A DNA stretch of 64,000 nucleotides, taken from contig CAWFJP010000024.1 of the NCBI GenBank assembly GCA_963816145.1, positions 32,001 through 96,000 on the forward strand, read 5' to 3'. The first letter of the stretch is position 1. Every line of letters starts with the position of its first letter. Both the position numbers and the translations under genes were made by a program. Below are positions 34,596 through 44,212 of this stretch, piece by piece. The stretch comes from an uncultured delta proteobacterium (GTDB lineage Bacteria; Desulfobacterota; Binatia; UBA9968). Under the pieces are notes generated by a model. The model was given only the letters and a program-made list of their open reading frames with translations, was not told where the DNA came from and searched no databases.

Positions 34596-37340
34596 TTACA
34601 TGTCATTAAGTTTACCTTTCCGCTTGGCCAGCACCGCAGGTTTGAGCAGCTTCAAGCCATGGGCGGCGTGATAACCGTGGATCTCTTTCACGTCGAGCTT
34701 GCGCATGAACGTGATCGTGTCCGCGGTAATCACCTGGCCCGGCACCATGATCGGAAATCCCGGCGGGTAAGGAATCACGAAATTCGCCGACACCAGCTCG
34801 GGACCTTTCTTGACCCGCTCGTCGATCTCCTTGCTGGCGAGCTTGATGAATTCGCAATTGGCGTCGTCATAAGCCATGAAAAACGCCGGCCGCATGTTGC
34901 CCTCGTTGCTCACGCTTTTGGGCCTCTCGCGAAAAACGTCGTGGAAGCGGCTGAAGTTCGGCAGGTCCGGCACATCGGTCATCAGCGACTTGACCCGCGT
35001 GGCGAAACCCTCCTGCGCTTCCCGGCCGCCCTGGGCGAGCCGTTGTTCGATCTCGCGCGCCAGATCGGCCAGCACTTTGATCAGCAGCGCGCCGTCGCTG
35101 CGGGTATTATTGATGTTGGTCTGAATCAGGATGCTGTTGCGCGAAGTTTTATTGATCTGAATATCGAAGCGCTCCGCCAACAGGTTCTTGAATTCCGTGC
35201 CGTCGAAGCCGCCAGAGCCGCAAATCAGCGTGAGACGCGTCGGATCGAGGGCGAACTCGTCCTCGTTCCACGCTTCGATGGCCTCCTTCCAGTTGGATTG
35301 CGGCGGGCCGTAGTCTTTTATGCCGGAGGCGCGGAATTCGGCGGGAATCATCTCTTCCGGCGTTGCCACGCGGAAATACTTGGAGATCAGCGGATGATTG
35401 TTCACTTCGCGGCGAATCTTGAGCGCCAACTCGGTTGCCTTCATGGTCAACTCGTAGCCTTCAAGCTCCATTTGCCGGCGCGCCAGTTCGATGGACGCGA
35501 TGATTTGCTGGTTCGGCGAAGTCGAGGTGTGCGTAAAGAAGGCTTCTTCGAAGGGGCCTTCGACTTGATGAAAGTCCTCGTCCCAAACCAGGATGATCGA
35601 GCCCTGGCGCAACGCCGACATCGACTTGTGGATCGAATTGGTTTGGTAGACGCGGATGCGCACCTTGTCGGGGTCCGGCAGCAGGTGCATATCGAGCAGC
35701 TTGGGACTTTTCGCGTCGAGCTTGCCGAGTTTCGCCGTGAAAGCCTTGTACTCGTCACGATAGGCGGGATCGCGGTAGCGCGCCGTCAACGCGGCGGCCG
35801 CGCCCATCGCCGTGCGCCGGCGGTGTAACGGGTTGAAACGCGCGAAGCCGAACCAAGCTTCGTCCCAGAGAAAGATCAGGTCCGGCTTGATGGCGAGACA
35901 TTCCTCCATGACGCGCCGGGGATTGTACATATGGCCGTCGAAGGTGCAGTTGGTCATGTCGACCACTTTCACGCGATCGAGCTTGCCCTCGGCCTTGCAA
36001 TCGAGCAGCGCCTTTTTGATCGTGCGCAGCGGCACGCCGCCGTACATGGAGTACTCGGTCAGCGGATAAGCCTCGACGTAATAGGGCTGCGCGCCGGTCA
36101 GGACAAATCCGTAGTGGTGCGACTTGTGGCAGTTGCGATCGACGATGACGATATCGCCGGGCTTGCAGACCGCCTGGACGACAATCTTGTTGGAGGTCGA
36201 CGTGCCGTTGATGCCAAAGTAGGCCCGCTTGGCGCCGAACGCGCGGGCCGCTTGTTCATGGGCTTTCTTGATGTTGCCGGTGGGCTCGAGCAGGCTGTCG
36301 AGCCCGCCGGAGGTTGCCGAAGACTCGGCGAGAAACAGATTGGTGCCATAGAACTGACCCATGTCACGGATCCAGTTGGAGCGGAAGATCGACTTGCCGC
36401 GCGCCACCGGCAGCGCATGAAACGTGCCGATGGGACGCTGCGCGTAGCGCTTGAGGTTGGAGAAAAACGGCGTGTCGTAGCGCTCGTTGACGCCGTCGAG
36501 AACCGAGAGGTGGACCTCCATGATCTCTTCGATGTTGTAAAACACTCGCCGGATCGGCGCGACCTCATCGCTGCCGGCGAGCTTCTCGATGGCCCGGTCG
36601 GTGAGCAGATAGATATCCAGCTCGGGGCGGTAGTTCTTGACTAATCGAGCCAGCGTCGTGGCCAGCGCCCCAGGCGCAATGGCGGCCGGATCGACGTTTG
36701 AATTGCGCACTAAAAAGTCGCGCATCATCGGCAGCTCATGGTGCGAGCGGAACTGGAAACCGTCATAGATGACGACGGCTTGGACATTGTGATTGAAGAT
36801 CGTGCCGATGACACCGTCTTCAAAGCTGCCGACCTGGACGATCTCGTAATGGAAAAGATCTTCCGGCCGGCGCAGGCGCTTCAATTCGTTGCGCGCGCGC
36901 TCCCAAGTGCTGGGATCGTTGGGCGTTACCACAAGCACTTCGAAGTACGGCTTGCGGCTCTCGCCTACCTGAGCGTCCGGCGGCAAGGCATCGAGCGGGC
37001 GCGCCTCGCTTTCTTGCAGCGGGTCCCAAGCAGCGCTGTCGTGGCGGTATCCGCCGGTCAGCAGCGAATTAGAAATCTTTTGCACGAGCCGCGCGAACAC
37101 GCCCTGCATTGGCTTCATCGATGCGCTTCGCGTACGGTCGTCATCAGGCGCGGATCCGGGGTAGGCCCAATAGCTTTCCATCGGGCTGATTTCTCCCAGG
37201 AACTGCGCCGCCTGAGCCAGTAACTTGTCTCCAGGCAGCCCTTGGGCAATTGCCGCCTCCCAAGCTCTCCCCACCGTGTTCATCTCGCACCAGCGATCGA
37301 TTCGCGCCTCCGCCGCTGAAAAGAAATCTTTGAGATCCAT
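34596..37340 (-). CDS. Orn/Lys/Arg decarboxylase (PLP fold I, long form)
   Basis: GTSTSNK, DRNCHKSHH, WDEAWF, NSIHKSM, HTSTSP, PYPPGFP. Confidence 0.92.
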   Translation of the reverse strand: MDLKDFFSAAEARIDRWCEMNTVGRAWEAAIAQGLPGDKLLAQAAQFLGEISPMESYWAYPGSAPDDDRTRSASMKPMQGVFARLVQKISNSLLTGGYRHDSAAWDPLQESEARPLDALPPDAQVGESRKPYFEVLVVTPNDPSTWERARNELKRLRRPEDLFHYEIVQVGSFEDGVIGTIFNHNVQAVVIYDGFQFRSHHELPMMRDFLVRNSNVDPAAIAPGALATTLARLVKNYRPELDIYLLTDRAIEKLAGSDEVAPIRRVFYNIEEIMEVHLSVLDGVNERYDTPFFSNLKRYAQRPIGTFHALPVARGKSIFRSNWIRDMGQFYGTNLFLAESSATSGGLDSLLEPTGNIKKAHEQAARAFGAKRAYFGINGTSTSNKIVVQAVCKPGDIVIVDRNCHKSHHYGFVLTGAQPYYVEAYPLTEYSMYGGVPLRTIKKALLDCKAEGKLDRVKVVDMTNCTFDGHMYNPRRVMEECLAIKPDLIFLWDEAWFGFARFNPLHRRRTAMGAAAALTARYRDPAYRDEYKAFTAKLGKLDAKSPKLLDMHLLPDPDKVRIRVYQTNSIHKSMSALRQGSIILVWDEDFHQVEGPFEEAFFTHTSTSPNQQIIASIELARRQMELEGYELTMKATELALKIRREVNNHPLISKYFRVATPEEMIPAEFRASGIKDYGPPQSNWKEAIEAWNEDEFALDPTRLTLICGSGGFDGTEFKNLLAERFDIQINKTSRNSILIQTNINNTRSDGALLIKVLADLAREIEQRLAQGGREAQEGFATRVKSLMTDVPDLPNFSRFHDVFRERPKSVSNEGNMRPAFFMAYDDANCEFIKLASKEIDERVKKGPELVSANFVIPYPPGFPIMVPGQVITADTITFMRKLDVKEIHGYHAAHGLKLLKPAVLAKRKGKLNDM

Positions 37341-37484
37341 GACTTAATTCTCCTCTATTTGATTCACCACATAGGGCTTATTGCTATGCTTGCTTCTGTG
37401 CGACGCACCAATGCTGATTCTTCATCCGGCTCGGTCAAAGCTTAACGCACCATTCCTGAGCCTTCCGCTAGGAGAGATGGCTCG

Positions 37485-38436
37485 TCAATTCTTCACCGCC
37501 GTCCAAGTGGCATCGGGATTGTACTCTTTCATGCTTTTGGCAACGGTCGCGGTATTGGTACCGAGGTTTTTTTGGAACACTTTGCCGTCGTGGTTGACGA
37601 TGAACGTCATCACACCGGAGTTGCCGTACTCCGCCGGATACGCCACCACCGCAAAGCCGCCGATCATCTTGCCCTTGACCAGGTAACTGTACGCCCCGCC
37701 GGCCGCGTTCTTTCCCTGCGCCGTGAGTATCCTGATAGTAGTAACCATGGTAGGGCACCGGCGTGCTGCTTGGTTTAAACTGATACCCTTGCCTTTGCGC
37801 TTGGCTCATGATCGGCCCGAGGGGGCTCTCCGGTTCGCCGGCCTTGGTCTCCCAATACAGCCCGTTCCTTTTCTTCGGATCGCTGACAAACTTCTGCGCG
37901 TATTCCAGCAGCCCGTTCTTGTCCCGATCCTTTAGCGCATACTCACGCTCGGCATCGACCACCGCGAGCAAGGCTTGAATCGTGAACAGCTCGTTGTTAC
38001 CGACGCGCCGGTTTAGAACCTCCTCCTTGCCCTTCTCCGCATCGAAAATCCAGCCATCGCCTCTCTTCACGATTGGGATTGGATATGGCCAGTCTTGTTT
38101 GCCGATGACCAGAATCCTCTCGTCCCCTTTTGTCTCAATGTGGTTCTTTTCATCGTAGGCCGCAAGAACTTGCCCGCGCCGCTGTTTATCGGCAACCGGA
38201 TCGCCGGAAAACAATAGATTCTTGGCTGACGCCCCGAAGATCGCCAGCATTTCTTTGTCGTTATTGCTGCGCGCCGCGGCCATGGCGGCCTTGACAGCCT
38301 CTTCGGGCGAAGCAAAGCTTTTTTGCTGGGACGCCGCTGAAAAAGCGCTTTCGGCAAGGCCTAACGTCATCAAGACCGCAAGGCCCATGACAAACCGAAA
38401 AGCATGACGGCGGAAACTTGTTCTGCTGAGTTGCAA
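37485..38436 (-). CDS. DUF2950 protein (frameshift near 37740)
   Basis: FASPEEAV, DWPYPIPIV, RRVGNNEL, PYHGY, then GGFAVVAYPAEYGNSGVMTF in ORF 37485..37748. Confidence 0.88.
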
Positions 38437-38531
38437 AATTAAAAAGTTTCATTTTTTACTCCATCGCTCCATCGACAAACCGATCACCGATTACGGAACA
38501 CCGTTCGCCGGATACCAATCCCTGATCGTTA

Positions 38532-39970
38532 CTATCTGCGCCGTCCGCCGCCGCCACCGCCTCCGCCGCGTGACCCGCCGCCACCGCCGCCTCTCGAAGC
38601 TCCACCGCCGCTAAAACTGCTCCGGCTGGCGCTGCCGCGACTGCTGGCACTGCGCGCCGCGCTGCCGCCGCGATCGGCGCCTTCAAAGGCGCCGCCGCGA
38701 CTGCTTGATCCGCCGCCCAGGTTGCTCGCACCGCCAGCCGCACGATCCGCGGTCCCGGCGCGATTACCGCCGCCCACTTGGCCTGCGCCGCCGCGATCAC
38801 CCGCGCCACCGCCGCCCGGTCCACCGCGGTCACCAACGCCGCCTTGTCCGCCGATTCCGCCGCGATCACCCGCGCCGCCCCGGCCGCCCGGTCCCAGCCG
38901 CGCGATCACCACGACGCCGCCGCCGCCGCCGGTCCACCGCGGTCACCAACGCCGCCTTGTCCGCCGATTCCGCCACGGTCGCCTGCGCCGCCACTGCCGA
39001 GATCCTGCCTGCCCTGTTCGGCTCGTCCACGAAACTGCTCGCGTGACTTGATCGCGTCGTTGGTGCTGGCTTTGTTAAATTTTTGCGCCGTCCCTTGATC
39101 GCGATAGGACACTCCCTTGCGGTGCTCGGGATTATGCTGAAATTTGCCCTGACCGTTTTGGTTGATCTGTCCCCTCTGCTGTAAATTCTGCTTGGCTTGG
39201 TCTCGATTGATATTATTATTAATGTTGGTGTTCCGATTGACGTCGATGTCGACATCTCCTCCGTTCCAGTTGCAGTTGCCCCAGGCATAACCCCACGCCG
39301 CGCCCATGGCAACACCGGCGCCGAAGGCAAACATCGACGTGGCTACATAGCCAGGCGGATAATAGTAATACGGCGGATAAGCTGGGTACGGCCATGCGCC
39401 ATAAACCACTGTCGGATTATAACTCGGCACGTAAACGACTTGCGGATTAGCGGGTTCGATCTTGATGATTTTTTCCTCGACGATGACGGTCTGCTCCTTG
39501 GTCGTCTTGAGATTTCCCGACGCCTGCGCTTTGGCGCGCAGGCTTTGGATCGTATCCAGAACCTTTTTTTGATCCGCTAGAAAGGCGTCGCCGAGCTTTT
39601 GCGTCCAATCGAGCTTCTCGCTCATCATGGTCAGCACCTGGGGAAAATTGACCAGCGATTTGATGCTTGGGTCCCAGTCTTGCGCTTCCAGCGCTTTGGT
39701 CAACGCATCGCCTTTTAGGCTGGCGTTTTGCTTGGCCCAGCGGTCGGCCTGCACGACCTCCAAAGGGTAGGTCGAAGCCATCAGGATTTGCGAAATCAAT
39801 GAATCAGGGTGTAGCGCGATGGGCGCTAGGATTTGCTCCAATTCTTCCTGCTTTACGGCCGGCGCAGCTTCTGACTTCTGCTGCGCGATCAGCCCTGGCG
39901 GTAGCGCCAAGACTAGAATCATTGTCCACGCCAACCCGCGCGCTAATGGATGTATTGCTTTCATGCTCAT
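38532..39970 (-). CDS. DUF3300 protein with Gly/Arg-rich tail (frameshift near 38915)
   Basis: LAPIALHPDSL..ASTYPLEVV, WDPSIKSL, VYVPSYNPTVVYG; tail GDRGG repeats in ORF 38532..38912. Confidence 0.9.
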
Positions 39971-40718
39971 TCCTCTTTCATTGAGCTGTCCGCCAAGTCG
40001 ACCAAGTTTCTTGGCACCAGATTTTAATCACAGTGATCGTCAATTCGTGTTTGCATGCGAGAAGCGTAATTTGATGCTGCGCGTCATGCGGGATAAATCA
40101 CTACGGCCAGATATTTACCAGCTATAGGCTTTATCGCATAACCCAGATTAGGTCCAGCGACGGCGGTTCTTTTTTAACGGGCAACGCCTCGCCCCTTGCA
40201 GTTGATCGCCAGGCACACTCGCGTCAGTAAGCTTTTTTTGGGGTCGCACGCGTGAATTGCATTCGCGTTAGCGACAACGCCTCTGTTGACGATTCGGAAA
40301 CGCTTCCGCCGTCACAACATCGGCCTTGGCACATATCGTTGTGTCAGCTACGCGAACCTGCAGACACGCGCCTCAGAGCGATCACCCTGCTCCTTTCTTC
40401 AATGGCTATCACCTGTGGCAATTCTGCAGTCCTCTTGCGGTTCCCAGGAGCAAAAGCTGCAACGCGCCGTTGATCCAAGCTTTTCGCACGATCGATGCCA
40501 CAAGATTACAACTGACCGAAGTGGAAAATCACCTGTCGTAACGAATTCCGTTCCGCCATATAAATTTCAAAAACGGAAAAAATGACTCGACAAATTCTCA
40601 CTTCCGAGCAGTCCGCAATTCCTTACCGCCAAGCACCTTCAATTCTCACCCTCGAACGTTAAGCAACCATGGAGATACCGATTGATCGGTCCGGCGTCTC
40701 TGCAGATAACGGTTGTAT

Positions 40719-40738
40719 TTGCCGACCTTGGTCCAATG
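40719..40738. promoter_or_regulatory. Palindromic operator candidate, copy 5 (ttgccGACCTTGGTCCAATG)
   Basis: Core and right arm match the consensus; about 750 bp upstream of DUF3300. Confidence 0.4.
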
Positions 40739-41400
40739 GCGCACATAGCACCGCTTCGCAGACCATGAGTAACTTGTTTTCGCGTATGACGCATCGGATC
40801 GCGCTCATCATACTTGAAGCCGTCAACGGTTTAGTCGACTGTAACAGTTGGCCAGCGTGTAAAATCGTAGAGCCCTTCGACCCAGCTCAGGGCGAACGAA
40901 GTACGGGAAACCATTCGTAGCGAGGCTCTCGAACCATGAACGGTAATCGCCATCTGCCTATTCCAGCTTACTGGTTTGCTTAAACGGCAATTGTTCCGTA
41001 GGTCGCGCCTCCGGACTTGTCAGACGGTGGCGCCATCGCGTACACTCGGCGAAATTTGAACACCGCACACCGATCATCCTCTTACGCCGGAGAATAGGAA
41101 TGGCGAAGCGACCGGGCCAGAAACAATGCTGGAGCTCGCACAAGGGCAAGCAGCGGCGAACAAGCTGGAGTCGGCTTAGCGCAGAAGCATAATTACGAAA
41201 TTCAGAAGCTGATTGGCGGCCTAGCGATCGCGTTTGCAGTGCCCGATTCTGCGGCTAGTCGGTCAACCGATGACGAAATCGATTGGGAGATGGCCGGAAC
41301 GAATCGTCGAGAAGAAAGATGGCCAAGGTTGTAAAGCTCACTACCACAAAAACCCGAGACGGCGTCTCGGATTTCCCTTGATACGCCAGTTCGGTAGGGC

Positions 41401-41526
41401 GTCGAAGGGTTTCCCGACAAAGCTCTCGCGCGGGAATACAGACTGGCACTGACTGACAAACAACTCCCCGCACGGGACATCGAAAAGACCCGCAAAATGC
41501 TGGAGGCTCGTCGCCGTGTCGTGTAG
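41401..41526 (+). pseudogene. C-terminal remnant resembling DUF1016/YhcG
   Basis: VEGFPDKALAREYRLALTDKQLPARDIEKTRKMLEARR* resembles YhcG-family C-termini (recalled, not searched). Confidence 0.45.
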
Positions 41527-41583
41527 GATCGGTGAAATCCCTTAGACAAACAGCGAAACGCTTGACAGCGGGAGCGTGAATCG

Positions 41584-41845
41584 ATGGCAAAAACGAAAGC
41601 GAGAAAGACCCCGGGCAACTCCAGGAAGAAACCCATCGAGCAGTACGCCCACAAGGGCAAGCAGCGGGCGAACAATCCGCCGGTAGGATTAGTGACGCCG
41701 GCGACGGATAAGGAAAGCGGAAAGAAGACTTACGCCTACGATCCGCATCTCGATCCGCAACTCGTTTGGGCTGGGAAAGCGGAGCGGACATCGTTCGAAG
41801 TGCCGACGGTGTCGCTGCACGTCCACGAGCGCATCGACCCGCGAT
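41584..41845 (+). pseudogene. 5' stub of a type III Mod methyltransferase
   Basis: KPIEQYAHKGKQRANNPPVGLV..YAYDPHLDPQLVWAGKAERTSFEVPTVSLHVHERIDPR; truncated after about 87 aa. Confidence 0.8.
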
Positions 41846-41860
41846 TTCGTCTCCGGCAAG

Positions 41861-42181
41861 CTAACGAACGAGCATCCCTAGGATTCGAATAGCGCGGCTT
41901 AAATCCTGATCTTTAATTTCTGCTACCAGAGCCTGTAATTTTTTGCGAAGAGCCTGTGGTGATTGGTTTTCGTATTCGATGTCGAACATTTCATGTATAT
42001 CTGACTTTAAGCTTTGAGACAGACGGATAAAAAGATCTAAAGTTGGGTTTTCCTCTCCCCTTTCAACGCTGCTCAAATATTTTGCGTTAATTCCTGCAAG
42101 TTCCGCCAGCTTTTCTTGGGAATAACCTTTCCCTGTTCGCAACCTCTTTATTCGCAGGCCAACCAGTTTCCGTGTCTCCAT
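41861..42181 (-). CDS. XRE-family HTH regulator (C-protein-like)
   Basis: GLRIKRLR..YSQEKLAELAGI..YLSSVERGEENPTL; divergent from mod. Confidence 0.9.
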   Translation of the reverse strand: METRKLVGLRIKRLRTGKGYSQEKLAELAGINAKYLSSVERGEENPTLDLFIRLSQSLKSDIHEMFDIEYENQSPQALRKKLQALVAEIKDQDLSRAIRILGMLVR

Positions 42182-42235
42182 AATGCCTCGCTCACCGGAT
42201 TATGGTCAGCGCGACTTATTTCGAGAACCTTGTAT

Positions 42236-42266
42236 TGCATAGAAAAATATTGATTTATTCTGTGCA
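42236..42266. promoter_or_regulatory. Inverted repeat between HTH and mod (possible operator)
   Basis: TGCATAGAA-N13-TTCTGTGCA, one mismatch, in an AT-rich divergent promoter region. Confidence 0.4.
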
Positions 42267-42361
42267 TTGCCTATATAACTCTGTCCAATGCCATGAGGTG
42301 GTTTGAATTATCTAAAGCCAATGCATGAAGCCTCATTACTTCACAGAGGACAATAAGATCG

Positions 42362-44201
42362 ATGCCGGTTTTACAGTTCAAAGGAAAGACCGCGATTGAG
42401 TGCTATCACCACACGGTTCAGCATCACACGTTGGAATTCGACGCCAAGTTGTCTGTATTAGAAAAGGGTGAGAAACCCGGACTCGACGGGAATCTGATTA
42501 TAGAAGGCGACAATCTTATCGCCTTGAAGGCGCTCCTTCCCACCCACGCCGGCCGGATCAAGTGCATCTACATTGATCCTCCGTACAATACCGGCAACGA
42601 AGGGTGGGTCTATAACGACAACCTCACGCAACCGCAGTTCAAAGAATGGATCGGCCAGACGGTCGGCAAGGAAGGCGAGGACGCCACTCGCCACGACAAG
42701 TGGTGCTGCATGATGTATCCGCGCCTTCAGCTGTTGAAGGAACTGCTTCGCGACGACGGGGCGATCTTCATCAGTATCGACGACAACGAGATTGCCAGCC
42801 TGCGGATGCTCATGGATGAGGTGTTTGGGGCGGAGAATTTCATCGTGCAGCTTGTCTGGGAAAACGGGCGGAAGAACGACGCCAAACTTTTCTCAGCAGG
42901 ACACGAATACATGGTTAGTTATACACGCTCGATGGAAACACTTCGAAAGCTCAAAACCGTCTGGCGGGAACCCAAGCCCGGTGGAAAAGAGATTTGGAAA
43001 GCCTATCGCGAGCTTCGCACGAAGCACGGAGATGACGACGCTAAAGTCCAGAGAGAAACTGAGAGAATGGTATCGTGCTCTCCCTGAAAAGCATCCATCG
43101 AAGGCGCTCGCTAGATACAAAAATGTCGACAAAAACGGGCCGTGGCGCGATCGCGACATCTCATGGCCCGGTGGTGGCGGACCGCGATATGACGTAATTC
43201 ATCCCGTGACAAAGAAGCCATGCCGGGTCCCGGAGCGCGGGTGGGGATTTGCGACGAAGGAGAAAATGGACGAACAAATTCGGCTCGGACTTGTTGTTTT
43301 CCGAGACGACCACAGCGAGCCGCCTTTTCGGAAAGCACATCTTGTCCCAATTGCGGAGGAACTGGATGATGAGATTGAGCCGGACGAATCCGAGGCAGAT
43401 GACGCGGATGAGGTGGACGTTGGGATGCAAGTAATGGGTTCCTGCCTTTACAAGCAGTCTCAGGTGGCAGTGAAGCATCTCAGGAATCTGATGGGAGCAA
43501 AGGTTTTCCGAACCCGAAAGATCACGAAGTCATTGCGCGCGTCGTTCGCAATTGCACCGGCCCCGACGACCTCATTCTCGACTCTTTCGCCGGCAGCGGC
43601 ACGACGGGACACGCGGTGCTGGCGTTGAACCAGGAGGATGGCGGCGACCGCAAATTCATCCTCGTTCAACTTCCATACGACACCAAGGAGCACGAGAAGG
43701 ACAATTTCAACATCTGCGAGAAGATCACGGCGGAACGGGTTCGTCGGGTCATTCAGGGCTACTACATACACCACACAGAAAGCGTAGGAAGGAAAAGGTT
43801 GAAGGGCTAGGCGGCTCGTTTACCTATGCCTGCGTCGGCAAACCGCTCTTCGGGGAATACCGCGATTGGGGTAAGCAGTTGCCCGGCTATGAGGATCTCG
43901 CCAAGTACATCTATTATACGGAGACCAGCGGAGACTTCGACCGGAAGGCGGTGAACGAGAAGAGCGGCAAGATCGGTGAACATCACGGAACCAGTTACTA
44001 TCTGCTCTACACTCCCGACGGTCAGGAAGACAGGCGATTGGACATGGAATGGCTCAAGGGTCTCGACAAGATCGGAGAAGAACAAAAACCTGGTGGTCTA
44101 TTGTGAGAAAATGTGGGTGCACCGTGATGACCTGGCGAAGTTTGAGCAAGAGACCAAGCGGACGGTGAGACCGATGATCGTGCCGTTTCAACTTGAAGTA
44201 G
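42362..44201 (+). CDS. mod: Type III R-M methyltransferase Mod (about 4 frameshifts)
   Basis: IIEGDNL, IYIDPPYNTG (motif IV), FISIDDNE, later ILDSFAGSGTTGHAV (motif I), spread across ORFs. Confidence 0.88.
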
Positions 44202-44212
44202 GAACCCTCGCA

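Noticed and set aside
29200-35828. Long plus-strand ORFs (29200..30720, 31625..32761, 34482..35828; also 57668..59482 and 385..987)
   Set aside because: Antisense shadows of high-GC3 minus-strand genes, with no recognisable motifs.
38816-38990. Direct repeat of about 55 bp in DUF3300
   Set aside because: Coding low-complexity GDRGG repeat typical of this family's tail.
39990-41090. Possible genes or ncRNA in the 1.1-kb gap
   Set aside because: Only short motif-less ORFs; no tRNA, rRNA or riboswitch recognisable by eye.
42362-44201. Phase-variable mod (phasevarion)
   Set aside because: No simple-sequence repeat tract at the shifts, and res and many other genes are similarly broken.
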